Source: Pseudomonas phage pPa_SNUABM_DT01
DNA length: 64,000 bases
Sequence record: MW735835.1
Reading direction: 5' to 3' (one strand)
Made by a program: the position numbers and the translations under genes. Below are positions 25,875-36,680 of the stretch, one piece after another; positions within the stretch are counted from its first letter, which is position 1; each line of letters starts with the position of its first letter. The notes beneath the pieces were generated by a model, which saw nothing but the letters and a program-made list of their open reading frames with translations, had not been told where the DNA came from and searched no databases.

Positions 25875-27329
25875 ATGTTCATGAAGAATAATGTCTCGCA
25901 AGAGAGTATCGGCGTCCTCGCCGGGATGGCGATCTCTACCGGGGCTGGCCTGTTGGTCAAATACACCCCGCAGATCGTTGCTGCTCTTTCGTCGAAGATC
26001 GGTCAACAAGCGGCAGGCGCGGTCATCGACCAAGCTAAGCAGACCATCGCCGATAGCATCAAGAACGGCAAGGAAACCGATTTGGTTCGCTTCACACAAT
26101 CTGCGCGTGTGGAGCCCATCCTGCTGATGGACAAGCGTGCGGTCCAGATCCCGTTCATTCAGGACGTGGTCCACACCGTGTTCAACATGTTCACCGGCTA
26201 CTGGTTGCTGGCCGTTTCCCTCGACACCAAGATCAACGGCGTCTCCGTTGGTAAGCGTCTCGACAAGTTCGCCACCGACCGCGACCTGAACGATGCCACC
26301 CTGACCATGCTCAGTGACGACTTCGGCATTCGTCCGTCCACCGAGTCCCTGGCCTTCGGCCTGCCGTTCATCGACGACATCATTGCTGAACAGGACGCTA
26401 CTGCTTCCATGGAAGCCGACAGCGACATCAGCGCTGAAGAGCTGGCCGCCCTGATCGGCAAAGCGCTCGACGAGCGTGAGCAGAAGGACGACAGCGAAGC
26501 TCAAAAGACCCTGAACAAGATCACCGACGAGCGTCTGCGTGACAAGCTCAAGCGTGAAATGGACAAGGTCCAGAAAGGTACCGCCAAAGACGCCACCGAG
26601 TTGGCCAAGAAAGCCCTCGATGAGTGGAAGCAGGAAAACGCCAAGAACGGCGGCACTGGCGTGACCAACGCTGCCAAGTACGTCGAGAAGATCACCAACC
26701 TCGCCGTGGGTAACGTCATTGACGTGACCATCAGCGAAGACGGCAAAGAAGCCGTGGTTCCGGTGACCATCCGTATGCGTGTGGCTGGTATGCCTTCTGA
26801 CACCATGGTCCAGACTCTGGCCGTGGGTGGTACTGATGTGACTTTCCGCAGCCGCTGGAGAGCTTGGCGTGCTGGCGAGATCGGTTTCTGGTCTGACTTC
26901 GTACTTCAGATGGACCGTGTCGACGCACACCGCGCCGCCATGATGAAGGACGAGACCGGCTACTACAAGACCGTCTACGCCCGTGCCAACCGCAACTCCA
27001 TGGCGCAGAACCTTGCCGGTGGTCCTTCGCTGGCCACTGCTTCGGCTATCCTCGTGCTGGACGCTACCACTGCGACCAACCTGGAACGCCGTATCGGCGG
27101 CAAGCTGGACAACTTCAAGACCCGCCAGGGCATCTTCGGCCACACCTACTCCATGCTGATGGCAGTGGTGGACCCGGACTGGGAATCGATCACCATCTAC
27201 ACCCGCGGCATCGAGATGCCGACCAAGCTGCGTAAGGACGACATCAAGACTGCCGGCAAGTCCGACAGTAAAGAAGTGATGGAAATCCTGAAGTCCTATC
27301 AGCTGGGTCGCGCTCCGGGCCGTATCTGA
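25875..27329 (+). CDS. Hypothetical protein (484 aa), probable virion component
   Basis: ATG start. Central acidic/lysine-rich helical segment. Confidence 0.55.
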   Translation: MFMKNNVSQESIGVLAGMAISTGAGLLVKYTPQIVAALSSKIGQQAAGAVIDQAKQTIADSIKNGKETDLVRFTQSARVEPILLMDKRAVQIPFIQDVVHTVFNMFTGYWLLAVSLDTKINGVSVGKRLDKFATDRDLNDATLTMLSDDFGIRPSTESLAFGLPFIDDIIAEQDATASMEADSDISAEELAALIGKALDEREQKDDSEAQKTLNKITDERLRDKLKREMDKVQKGTAKDATELAKKALDEWKQENAKNGGTGVTNAAKYVEKITNLAVGNVIDVTISEDGKEAVVPVTIRMRVAGMPSDTMVQTLAVGGTDVTFRSRWRAWRAGEIGFWSDFVLQMDRVDAHRAAMMKDETGYYKTVYARANRNSMAQNLAGGPSLATASAILVLDATTATNLERRIGGKLDNFKTRQGIFGHTYSMLMAVVDPDWESITIYTRGIEMPTKLRKDDIKTAGKSDSKEVMEILKSYQLGRAPGRI

Positions 27330-27355
27330 TCACCCCACCCTCAAGGAACCTTGAA

Positions 27356-28240
27356 ATGATCCTCGACTTCCTGCGCCGTCTGGCGGCATCCTTCACCAAG
27401 GATGAGTTGAAAGAAAAGCTTCGTGTGCTGGCGCAAGCCGGCCAGAAGGCCATCGAAACCTACATGAACGCCGAAACCGTGCTGACCTCCTTCAAGTCGA
27501 AGGCCGGTAAGGAGTTCGAGAACGAGATGGGCAAGGCCGTGCGCCTGCCCCCTCGCATGACCCTGGTGGCATACATCCGCCAGGTGCTGACCAACATGTC
27601 GGTGACCCTGGAGCTGCTGGGTGCCATTGCCGAGAAGTCCTACGGCAAAGACATCGTGGTGGAAGGCATCACCTACAAGCGGGCAGAGCTGCTGCGCACC
27701 ATCGGGTACATGGACTTCGTTGTCGCGTATTCGATGCAGCTGCTGCACTACCTGACTGTGGCTGAAGCCTCCGTGGTCTCGAAGGAACATGCTGACGGCC
27801 AAGAGCGTCCGCGCCCTGAGCTTCAGTACCTGAAGATGAACCAGAAAGCCTTCTTCACGCTGCTGCAAACCTTCAGCAAGCCGTCGCGTGAATTGGCAGC
27901 CCTGATCGAGTCCATTCCTGACATCACCGTCGGCGCCGACGATGAGAAGGTGATCGTTCCGCAGGTCGGCTACTCCAAGCTCGACCCGCTGAAGAACAAC
28001 TTCATCCCGGGCGTGTCCTCGACCGCGCTGGCCATCGGCATCTGGTGGGCCACCCTGCAAACGGCGAAGTACGAGCGCCTGAAAGAAGACGCTCGTTCGA
28101 TCCAGCTGCGTCTGGAGCAACTCCGTCTGCAAGCCCAGGGTAAGAGCGACGCTCAACTGGAACGCACCATCGCGACCTACGAGCGTTACCTGAACGACAC
28201 GGCGGAGAAGATCGCCAAGATGGAGGCGAAGTACGCATGA
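27356..28240 (+). CDS. Hypothetical coiled-coil-rich protein (294 aa)
   Basis: ATG with caaggaacc RBS. Confidence 0.55.
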   Translation: MILDFLRRLAASFTKDELKEKLRVLAQAGQKAIETYMNAETVLTSFKSKAGKEFENEMGKAVRLPPRMTLVAYIRQVLTNMSVTLELLGAIAEKSYGKDIVVEGITYKRAELLRTIGYMDFVVAYSMQLLHYLTVAEASVVSKEHADGQERPRPELQYLKMNQKAFFTLLQTFSKPSRELAALIESIPDITVGADDEKVIVPQVGYSKLDPLKNNFIPGVSSTALAIGIWWATLQTAKYERLKEDARSIQLRLEQLRLQAQGKSDAQLERTIATYERYLNDTAEKIAKMEAKYA

Positions 28241-28764
28241 GTCAGATCAAAACTCATCGCGGCTTCACTCTGTCCACTGACCCGAACGCTGCTCGTGGTT
28301 ATATTGACCTCCCTCTGGTGGATACGCTGTACCATCATATGGAGACCAAGACCAACTTCGAGCACGACTACGGTTATGTGCAAGATGTGCTGAAAGCCGC
28401 ACGTCAGATCCTCTTCACCGCCGATGGCCGGTTCATTCTGGCCAACCAAGTGAAGGTCCCGTGCTCCCACTGGGTTCTGCACTACACCCTGTCTACTCTG
28501 GCTTTCATCGCCGGGAAAGACCGCCAGCTCTCGCTCGAGAACTACCGTGACCTGCTCGTGTTCCATCCCAAGGACATCGTAGCGGCTGACCACGGTAAGC
28601 TCATCCGTGAACTCGACCTCGGTTGGTTCTTCGGCGCATCGGCTGGCGATATCCTTTCCTGCTGGTTGGCCCGTGAAGATGGCCTCACCGATCTGGTGCA
28701 ATCCCTGCATTTGATCGGCGGCAGCCTGCCTCCTGGCTGGCACGAACACACCGATGCGGCCTAG
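28237..28764 (+). CDS. Hypothetical protein (175 aa), ATGA-coupled
   Basis: 4-nt overlap with the previous gene. Confidence 0.55.
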   Translation: MSQIKTHRGFTLSTDPNAARGYIDLPLVDTLYHHMETKTNFEHDYGYVQDVLKAARQILFTADGRFILANQVKVPCSHWVLHYTLSTLAFIAGKDRQLSLENYRDLLVFHPKDIVAADHGKLIRELDLGWFFGASAGDILSCWLAREDGLTDLVQSLHLIGGSLPPGWHEHTDAA

Positions 28765-28874
28765 TGCCGCGTCGTTGTCAAAAGGCACCTATTGTGTGCA
28801 GGGATGTGGAACTGTCCTAGGTTCAGCCTGCATCCCGTTCCTTCTGTTTGCAAACACAACGGAGTTTTACACTC

Positions 28875-30104
28875 ATGCGTAGCTCGATTCTCTCTCAAGC
28901 TCTGAACGTCTCCATGGAGAACGATGACATCGTCGTCGAGAACCAGGAGATCAACCCGGTGACCGAAGAAACCACCGTTCAGGTGGACGAAGTCCTGGAA
29001 GAAGTGCGTGACGCCGGCGCCGTTGCCGACGAGCACGAAGAAGTGGTCGAAGAGCTGGACCAGGCTGCTGACAGCCTCGAGAGCCTGATCACCTCCCTGG
29101 AAAGCGCCATCGCCGACGGCGGCATGAGCCCGCAAGCCGCTGACGTCCACAGCCGCGCCCTGGCCATCGCCACCCGTCGCCTGCCGATCAACGCCAGCGA
29201 CTACACCGTTTCCACCGAATCCTTCGGCGGTACCGGCGACAAGCTGCAAGCCTCCATGGAAGCCCTCGAAGGCGCCAAGGAACTGCTGTCCAAGATCTGG
29301 AACGGCATCAAAACCGCCGTGCAGAACGCCTGGAAAGCAGTCGTCAACTTCGTCAGCACCATCGGCAAGTCGAGCGAAGCCCTGCGCCGCGCTGGCAAGC
29401 TGCTGATCGCCCAGGCCAACGGTGCCAAGGGCAACGCTGCTGGCAAGAAAGTCGACGGCACTGCCGTTGCCAAGCTGCTGCACAAGAACGGCGAAATGCC
29501 GTCCGGTTCGAGCGTCGGCGGCCTGCTGGCCACCATCGTTTCCAACGGCGGTGCCGTGGTTACCTCCGCCAAGGTTGCTCAGACCGAGCTGACCAAGCTG
29601 TCCGGCGCCATCGCCGCTGGCCGCACCACCACCGAAGAGCAGCAGGCTGGCTACGACGCCATCATCAACGCTCTGCCGAAGGGTGAGCTGCCTGGTGGCC
29701 GCGTGATCGAAGTCCAGGACTCCGGCATGCCGAAGCTGGTCCAGAAGGTCAACCTGAAGTCCGACAGCGTCGAGCTGGACGTTCCGTCCGTGAACGACAT
29801 CAAGTCGATCGGCCAAGGCATCATCAAGATCGCCGACTTCATCGCCGACTACGACAAGAAGTACTTCAAGGGCCTGGAGAAGTCCATCAACGACTTCGTC
29901 TCCAAGCAGGATCAGCTGATCAAGCGCATGGAGCTGGAAAAGGCCGAGACCAAGAAAGTCCGCGGCGAACTGGCCGGCTTCAAGAAGATCTCCTCGATCG
30001 CTCGCGCCGTCGGCCCGGACTACCTGTCCTACGCCGCCAACGCTGCCAAGGCCTCCTTCAACTTCGGTAAGAAGAGCCTGGCCCAGTACGCTGCTGCCAA
30101 GTGA
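28875..30104 (+). CDS. Ala/Lys/Gly-rich hypothetical protein (409 aa; the ORF track starts at 28848), possible scaffold or internal virion protein
   Basis: ATG at 28875 after acggag. Low-complexity Ala-rich helical composition. Confidence 0.5.
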   Translation: MRSSILSQALNVSMENDDIVVENQEINPVTEETTVQVDEVLEEVRDAGAVADEHEEVVEELDQAADSLESLITSLESAIADGGMSPQAADVHSRALAIATRRLPINASDYTVSTESFGGTGDKLQASMEALEGAKELLSKIWNGIKTAVQNAWKAVVNFVSTIGKSSEALRRAGKLLIAQANGAKGNAAGKKVDGTAVAKLLHKNGEMPSGSSVGGLLATIVSNGGAVVTSAKVAQTELTKLSGAIAAGRTTTEEQQAGYDAIINALPKGELPGGRVIEVQDSGMPKLVQKVNLKSDSVELDVPSVNDIKSIGQGIIKIADFIADYDKKYFKGLEKSINDFVSKQDQLIKRMELEKAETKKVRGELAGFKKISSIARAVGPDYLSYAANAAKASFNFGKKSLAQYAAAK

Positions 30105-30143
30105 TCAACTGATCGCTGAGCGTCAAGCGTGCTGACCGGATAC

Positions 30144-30178
30144 CCGCCTGGCTTCGGCTGGGCGGGTGTCTTTTATTC
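30144..30178 (+). terminator. Terminator acccgcctggc-TTCG-gctgggcgggt plus GTCTTTTATT
   Basis: Stem with one mismatch, UUCG loop, T-rich tail. Confidence 0.55.
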
Positions 30179-30233
30179 CGTTTGAACGAATTCTATGGTG
30201 AATTGTCCACTCCATCTCTGAAGAGCATCTGTC

Positions 30234-31499
30234 ATGTCTGATGAAGCCCTGCCTGAAATCCCAGGCAATGAGAGCGAGGGGTTCGTTGAAGTCCTGGAAG
30301 CTGAGCGCGAGCTGTCCAATGCCAAAGTACAACTCGAATCGCTGCTCAACGCCACTGACGCACTGGAGTCCTTGATCTCGCATCTGGACACCAATGACGT
30401 CGTCTCTGATGGTCACCGCGCCGCGGTCACTGTCAGCTTCGAGAACCTGCTCGGCAATACCGGTCTGGGTGTCAACGATATCCTGCCTGCGTTGCAAGCC
30501 CATGAGTACGGCACCGTCTCCACTGAATCGCTCAAGGATCGCCTGAAGGAGATCTGGAAGCGCTTGGTGGCGGGCATCCTGTCCGTGCTGCGTTTCCTGA
30601 AGACCTTCTGGAAATCCATCGCTACCTATCGTGGTCGTCTGCGTATCACGGCTAACCAGCTGGCTAAGCTCGGCACTGTGGCCCGTTACGCCACTGTCAA
30701 GCAGCCGCAGGTCGATCTGGGTATCGAGATCAAATCCCTCGTGCTGGGCGGTAGCGTCGTCTCCGATCCAGACGCCCTGATCCGTTCCATCTCCAACGCC
30801 CTGGACCAATACCGTGTCGTCACTGACATGTACACCTCCGGCATGTTGGAAGTCGGCAAGCAGTTCGAACGTGCGCTGACTGACGGCGGTTCGGGTTCCG
30901 ATAAGCTGGCGCAGGTCTGCGGTATCTTCACCCAGATGCCTGTCGATGCCATTGCGTCCAAGTTGTCGGCCATGGTGTACCGTGATCCGCGCTTCGGTCG
31001 TCGTCTTACCCTGACTGCTCCACCGATCATCGGTGGCTGGTCCCTGTTCTTCCTGACCCTGGAACAAGAGCAACGCAACGCTGGCGCCACTGACCTGCTC
31101 GGTTACGCCCAAGCCATCCGTACCACGGGTGTGCGCTTCGCTCTGACCAACGTCAACGTGAGTAACATCACGTCGGGCGCGGTCAAGACCGCCAATGGCC
31201 AGCAAGTCTCGGTCATGGCCAAGCGGGTCATCGAGATCCTCGACTGCATCGATGCCCAAGAACGTGCTGTCGGTGTCAACCGCATTGAAGCCCAGATCAA
31301 GAACGTCCTCCGGGCAGGCGAGCGCTATCAGGCGAACGCCATCTCCAATGACGGTTCTGGTGCTGACGAAAGTGTCCTGCGCTTCGTGCGCAACTACGCC
31401 AGCTGGGCAATCGGTCCGGTGGATCAAATGACCACCAACCTGCTCACGGTATCCCGCAACCTGTTGGTCTACGGTCGCAAATCTCTGAACGCCCGTTAA
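30234..31499 (+). CDS. Hypothetical protein (421 aa)
   Basis: ATG start. Protein-like composition. Confidence 0.55.
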   Translation: MSDEALPEIPGNESEGFVEVLEAERELSNAKVQLESLLNATDALESLISHLDTNDVVSDGHRAAVTVSFENLLGNTGLGVNDILPALQAHEYGTVSTESLKDRLKEIWKRLVAGILSVLRFLKTFWKSIATYRGRLRITANQLAKLGTVARYATVKQPQVDLGIEIKSLVLGGSVVSDPDALIRSISNALDQYRVVTDMYTSGMLEVGKQFERALTDGGSGSDKLAQVCGIFTQMPVDAIASKLSAMVYRDPRFGRRLTLTAPPIIGGWSLFFLTLEQEQRNAGATDLLGYAQAIRTTGVRFALTNVNVSNITSGAVKTANGQQVSVMAKRVIEILDCIDAQERAVGVNRIEAQIKNVLRAGERYQANAISNDGSGADESVLRFVRNYASWAIGPVDQMTTNLLTVSRNLLVYGRKSLNAR

Positions 31500-31510
31500 A
31501 GGATGGTTCC

Positions 31511-32941
31511 ATGAAACCCAGTCTCGAATCCCTGCTCGCCGATTCCCTCGGTGAGGTACAAGCCATTGCTGCCAAGACCGCTGGTACTGGCAACGCTGGC
31601 GATCTCGAACAACCCGGCCCCACCGAAAGCCTGGACCTGATCACTGCCGATCAGATTCAAGCCGAAGTCACCGAGCACCTGAAGGACGAGCGCTACAACG
31701 ATGGTGACATCCTGCGTGACGTCGAAAACGAGTTCTTCCTCGCCAACGAAGAAGAGCACGCTGCGATGCGTAAAGAGATCGCAGAAGTCCGTGAGATGGT
31801 CGGTGCTGTGTCGTCTTCGATGGAAATGCTCAGCGTCATCGCGTCGATGGAAAACGTCGACAGCACCGCGGTGATCACGGCGAACACCGCCATGGCCAAC
31901 ATCGCCAGTCAGTACGGCGAAGAGATGCCTCCGGTCCTCGTGGCCGAAGACGGTGCGTTCACCACGGCGTCGATGGAAGGCATGGTCGACTTCGTCAAGA
32001 ACATCCTGGTCAAGATGAAGAAATGGATCAAGGAGAAGTTCGAGAACATGGCGGTCAACTCCCGCCGTACCAACTTCTACCGCGGCACTCTGGTCAAGCG
32101 TGTGCAAGCCCTGCAAGCCCGTCTCGACGGCCTGCCGGAAGACTACGGTATCCCTGCCAAGCCCGTGCGCTACGACCCGCGTTACCTGGTGCAGATGTAC
32201 AAGGACGGTCAGGCGATTCCGTTCACTGCGGCTGCCTTGGGCGCCGTCTGCGGCGAGATCATCTCCCTCATGGAGAAGGCCGTCAAAGACGTCCACGTCG
32301 ACGCCTGCAAGCGTTCTGACGCCATTGGTGAAGTCATCGCTGCTATCCTCGTCACCCGCGACGAGATCGCTGCGGAAGAGCAGATGAAGAAGCTGTTCAA
32401 GGACATCACTGGTCCGTGGCCGACCCTGGGCATGGTCAAGCCTGGCAGCGAGCTGATGGGTATCACCTGGGGAACGCCGGGTGAAGGCTATCGCAGCCGT
32501 TACCGTGATGCCGAATGGATCATGGAACTGGTCGAGATGATCGAGATCAACCAGCTGCCGGTCAAGGTACGCCGTTCGGGCTCCTACCAGGTCAACATGC
32601 TCGACATCAACGCCATGCGTGAGATCCTCGACGTGGTTGTCAACATGATGGAAAACCCCGTCACCGAAGATCACAGCTACTACGAGGAACTGTCTGGTTC
32701 CTGGATGGAAGCCAACAAGGTGTGGGAACGTCTGTGGACCATGGTCACCACCATGGAGTTCAACCAGATGAACAATGAGTTGTGGCGCGCCTTCGACATC
32801 GCGACCACCGCCATGTTCAACCTGCTGGACAAGGCGTACTACCAGATCGAAGATCTGCGTAACCCGTACTTCCGCATGCTGTCCGGTTCGCTGTATATCA
32901 TGGAAGAACAGGCCAAGGCCTACGTGGCGGTCAACCGCTGA
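31511..32941 (+). CDS. Hypothetical protein (476 aa)
   Basis: ATG with aaaggatgg RBS. Confidence 0.55.
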   Translation: MKPSLESLLADSLGEVQAIAAKTAGTGNAGDLEQPGPTESLDLITADQIQAEVTEHLKDERYNDGDILRDVENEFFLANEEEHAAMRKEIAEVREMVGAVSSSMEMLSVIASMENVDSTAVITANTAMANIASQYGEEMPPVLVAEDGAFTTASMEGMVDFVKNILVKMKKWIKEKFENMAVNSRRTNFYRGTLVKRVQALQARLDGLPEDYGIPAKPVRYDPRYLVQMYKDGQAIPFTAAALGAVCGEIISLMEKAVKDVHVDACKRSDAIGEVIAAILVTRDEIAAEEQMKKLFKDITGPWPTLGMVKPGSELMGITWGTPGEGYRSRYRDAEWIMELVEMIEINQLPVKVRRSGSYQVNMLDINAMREILDVVVNMMENPVTEDHSYYEELSGSWMEANKVWERLWTMVTTMEFNQMNNELWRAFDIATTAMFNLLDKAYYQIEDLRNPYFRMLSGSLYIMEEQAKAYVAVNR

Positions 32942-32949
32942 TCCAAACA

Positions 32950-32981
32950 TAGAGGAGGGGTTCGCCCCTCCTCTATGCCGA
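32950..32981 (+). terminator. Hairpin atagaggagggg-TTCG-cccctcctctat followed by GCCG (stem 3' arm plus tail reads CTCTATGCCG)
   Basis: 12-bp perfect stem with UUCG tetraloop. Confidence 0.55.
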
Positions 32982-33025
32982 ATCGACTGATTTTATGACA
33001 AAGATCATCCACCCGGGGAATCCCC

Positions 33026-34684
33026 ATGCCTAACCTTCTTATCCCTCTGCCGAACACGCACGACACGGTCACACGCCGTGTAGCGAAGAGCGTGATCGAC
33101 AACGTGATCCGTATTGCACGGATGGACGTAGAACGCGTTGAGATCCGTGGAGAGAGCCAACAGGCTGCCCAGCCCGGTACTGAACTGGGCGACACCAAAC
33201 TCTTCAACCGGTTCCAACATGATGGACGTGTGATTGTCACCTTGCGTGAGACCTACGTGGAATCCGAGGTGATCAACGCTGAAGTCCGTCATCCGTACGC
33301 ACAACCTATTTTTGCCGACCCCATGCTCGGTATCCACATCAAGCCCATCTACAGCAACACCGAGATGGAGCTGAACTTCACCTACCGGGCGAAGTCCAAG
33401 TCGGAAGCCAACGTCTGGCGTGACGACATCAAAGTGCGCATGGCAGACAACCGTCAGTCGCACCTGCATGAAGCCGACTACTTTTTTGCCGTCCCGAACT
33501 TCTGCTCGGAACTGCTGATCCACATGCACGAGCTGCGCGAGAAACAAGCCGGCTATGGTGAATCCCTGGGCGAGTACCTCCAGCGCTATTACACCAAACG
33601 TGCTCGTGTGCTGACCAACCAATCGGGTAACGACAAAGTCTCCCTGCTGACCATCGCAGAGAAACAGCTCGGCATCCAAGGCTGGTTCGACTTCGATACG
33701 CCCATCGAGGAAGAGAAGCAGGAAGACGGCCCCAGCTACCTCATTCAGTTCAACTACAAGTTTAGCTACTTGAAGCCTGTGGAACTGAACGTGCTCTACC
33801 CGCAAGTGGTGCACAACCAGCTGATCAGTCCTGATTACCTGGTGGTCAAGCCAAAAGAAGAAGACCCGATGCGTCTGCCGACGTACAAGAGTGATTACCG
33901 CTTTGCATTGGATCACTTCGACTACTTGGCCCGCATTCCGAGAAAGCCCATTGGAGGCATTCACATCCCGGATTACGACGAGTGGATTCCCAAAGGCGTC
34001 ACGCCTTACACCACGTCGCTGATCAACTGGATGGTGGTCTTTGAGGCCAAGGACATGAACCTCTGCTTCAACCAAGAGGACGTCCTGAACACCGGCTTCT
34101 TGCCAGAGTTCATCGAGTGGATGCGCGGTGAAGGCAACAAGATGGTGAAGCAGGGCCAGAGTCCTATTCACTTCTGCCTGTACCGTGATGACCAGTACAT
34201 CGTCGACGGTGATCTGGAAATCGTGGTCACTGATCAAGCCTTCGAGATCCGGACCAAGACCCCGTGTGACCTGCGCCAGCGGTACCACCTGCGCATGGGC
34301 TTCTGCACGGAGTTGGGCAAGTACACCGAAGAGGCCCTGATGGCCATGCACGTGAACGGCATGAACACCCTGCGACTGTTCCAATCGGTGTTGAACCGCC
34401 TGGACGTCGAGGATGCTCAGGCTAACCACATGACGCCAGACGGCAAGCTGTCCATCTCGTACATCAAGCGCTTCTTCGGCTTCCTCCGTGATCAACGCAT
34501 CGGCTCCGAGAACATCACGCAGCCTGATGGCAACAACCAGAACAACCGGTACCCCAGCGACAGCTGGTTCGAAAACGACGACAACTTCGGTTTCCGCATG
34601 GATGTTCCGTACGTCATGCAATTGACGATCCTCGCCGGCAACCGTAACAGGGTGAACGCAGATGCCAGTTCCACAGCTTCCTAA
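33026..34684 (+). CDS. Hypothetical protein (552 aa)
   Basis: ATG with cggggaatcccc upstream. Confidence 0.55.
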   Translation: MPNLLIPLPNTHDTVTRRVAKSVIDNVIRIARMDVERVEIRGESQQAAQPGTELGDTKLFNRFQHDGRVIVTLRETYVESEVINAEVRHPYAQPIFADPMLGIHIKPIYSNTEMELNFTYRAKSKSEANVWRDDIKVRMADNRQSHLHEADYFFAVPNFCSELLIHMHELREKQAGYGESLGEYLQRYYTKRARVLTNQSGNDKVSLLTIAEKQLGIQGWFDFDTPIEEEKQEDGPSYLIQFNYKFSYLKPVELNVLYPQVVHNQLISPDYLVVKPKEEDPMRLPTYKSDYRFALDHFDYLARIPRKPIGGIHIPDYDEWIPKGVTPYTTSLINWMVVFEAKDMNLCFNQEDVLNTGFLPEFIEWMRGEGNKMVKQGQSPIHFCLYRDDQYIVDGDLEIVVTDQAFEIRTKTPCDLRQRYHLRMGFCTELGKYTEEALMAMHVNGMNTLRLFQSVLNRLDVEDAQANHMTPDGKLSISYIKRFFGFLRDQRIGSENITQPDGNNQNNRYPSDSWFENDDNFGFRMDVPYVMQLTILAGNRNRVNADASSTAS

Positions 34685-36065
34685 TATCGACACGGTGCAA
34701 CAGAAGCCAGTCGTCGAACCGGTCAAAGTGCAGCCCAAGGAATACCAGGGTGCCACTGTTGATACCCACGAGGTCAAGTTCGACCAACTGCTGACCTACA
34801 TCGCCGGTCAAGCCTGGCACGTCAACTACCTCCCGATCGTTCGTGGTCGGGACGACGATGTCCGTCCTCTGGAGCCGGGTGTTCACCCGGTATTCCAACA
34901 GTACAAGCTCATCAAGGGCATGGAACTGAAAGTCACCAGTCCGCTGCAACCTTCGCAGATCGGTGACACCAAGGACATGACGCTGAAGGGCTCTGCGAAC
35001 GTCTACGGCGTCGTTATCCCCAACGTCGGTGACATTATCGTGGGTGACGTCGGCGACGGCCGTGAGGGGCTCTTTGGGGTCACCTCGTCGAACCGACTGA
35101 CGCACTACACCGCCACCGTGCATGAGATCGAGTACAGCCTCATCCGTCTGATGGATCAGGCCCTGGCCGATCAACTGTACGGGCAGAATGTGGTCGAGAC
35201 CCTGGTCTTCCACAAGGACTTCCTCGACACCGGGAACGATCCGCTGATCTCCGAAGAGGAGACCCTGCTGGTCAACAACCTCAAGGAACACTACGAGCGC
35301 CTGATCGCCTTGTACTTCCATGACTTTTATTCCCGGGACCGCAAATCTCTATTGGTACCCAACCAGCCGCGAGTGACGTACGATCCCTTCCTCGTGCGTT
35401 ACATCAAGACCATCCTGACCACGGATGATCACCCGCTCATGCGTCATATCACCGAGTTCAACGTACAAGGTGACCAGACGATGTACGAGTTCACCTTCTG
35501 GAACTGCCTGGAGACCATGGATCACGCAATGCTGACCATGAGTGTCCACCAAGCTGGCATCGTCGATGTCAAGCAGTTCTGGAACGGACGACCCACCATG
35601 AACAGTATCTACTATTCGGGTGTGGAAGCCGTGGTCTATCCCGACCTGTCCCCCACCAATGTGGACGCCGGTTATAACAACTGCCATTTTGATCCGGTCC
35701 TGACCGATCTGGTGCGCGGCGCAGCCCGCTTCCGTGAGCTGAACCGGTTGTTCCGTGACGACCTGGACCTCGATCCGACGCTGGAGATCTACGAAGCCGT
35801 CTCTCCGGAGCGTGCTGCACAGATCAAGCGGGTCACGGTGGACGATTACTACGTGCTGAGCAAGGACTTCTACCTCCACAAGCCCGACGTCAAGTTGAGC
35901 AAGCTGGAAGCGCTGACGATGGCTGCCATGAAAGGCGAAGCCATTGACATCCGCACCCTGGACTTCCTCTGCACCAATGCGATCAAATGGGATAACGTCG
36001 AGCGGTTCTACTACTTCCCAATTCTGTTCACGCTGCTCCGCGTGTACAAAAGGAGAATCAAGTGA
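34662..36065 (+). CDS. Hypothetical protein (467 aa)
   Basis: ATG overlapping the end of the previous gene by 23 nt. Confidence 0.55.
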   Translation: MPVPQLPNIDTVQQKPVVEPVKVQPKEYQGATVDTHEVKFDQLLTYIAGQAWHVNYLPIVRGRDDDVRPLEPGVHPVFQQYKLIKGMELKVTSPLQPSQIGDTKDMTLKGSANVYGVVIPNVGDIIVGDVGDGREGLFGVTSSNRLTHYTATVHEIEYSLIRLMDQALADQLYGQNVVETLVFHKDFLDTGNDPLISEEETLLVNNLKEHYERLIALYFHDFYSRDRKSLLVPNQPRVTYDPFLVRYIKTILTTDDHPLMRHITEFNVQGDQTMYEFTFWNCLETMDHAMLTMSVHQAGIVDVKQFWNGRPTMNSIYYSGVEAVVYPDLSPTNVDAGYNNCHFDPVLTDLVRGAARFRELNRLFRDDLDLDPTLEIYEAVSPERAAQIKRVTVDDYYVLSKDFYLHKPDVKLSKLEALTMAAMKGEAIDIRTLDFLCTNAIKWDNVERFYYFPILFTLLRVYKRRIK

Positions 36066-36661
36066 GTAATCCCCGCTACCCCAACCTGGACTTGAAGAGC
36101 ATCGACTCTGTTCGAGAGCACATCTTCAAGGACACTTACACCTACGCCATTCCCGGCTATTTCCGGTACTCGAAAGAGTACAACCAGATCGTCGGGCACT
36201 TGAGCACGGGGTCGAAGCAGGGCGACGCCAACGCGATGGCCGAATACGTCAACATCGGTGGCACCATCGCCGACATCCTGAAGCTGTACGAGAAGGGATG
36301 TGACGTCAAGTTCGAGCACCGTGAAGATATCGTGACGGTTTACGAGGCATTGCTGGCCCACATCAACAACTGGGCCAACTACATCCGTCGTGACCCGAAC
36401 GTCAAGGATGCCCCGCTGAACTCCCTGTACTTGATGAGCGATTTCTGCACCACCATCAAGGCCCAGGTGATGGGCTTCAAGCCCAACGTGGAAGATGTCC
36501 CGCACCTCAAGCGGGTTTCCAGCCTGTTCGGCGGTGTCGTGGGCGCGGAAGAGCTGTTCAACGTCTCCGGTGTGGGCACCACGGTCGAAGAAACTGCTCC
36601 GACCATGAACCGTATCGAGAAAATGCTGGCAGAGCGTAAGAAAGACCAGCAAAAGCGGTAA
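36062..36661 (+). CDS. Hypothetical protein (199 aa), GTG start coupled to the previous stop
   Basis: 4-nt overlap. RBS aaaaggagaa. Confidence 0.5.
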   Translation: MSNPRYPNLDLKSIDSVREHIFKDTYTYAIPGYFRYSKEYNQIVGHLSTGSKQGDANAMAEYVNIGGTIADILKLYEKGCDVKFEHREDIVTVYEALLAHINNWANYIRRDPNVKDAPLNSLYLMSDFCTTIKAQVMGFKPNVEDVPHLKRVSSLFGGVVGAEELFNVSGVGTTVEETAPTMNRIEKMLAERKKDQQKR

Positions 36662-36680
36662 ATTCGACTGAGGGCGTCAC

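Noticed and set aside
25842-34777. Series of long minus-strand ORFs (25842-27143, 28761-29816, 30123-31427, 31496-32950, 33005-34777)
   Set aside because: All are antisense shadows of the plus-strand array. The plus genes have RBSs, translational coupling and normal composition. The minus frames are Gly/Val/Asp/His/Leu-rich, as expected for high-GC antisense.
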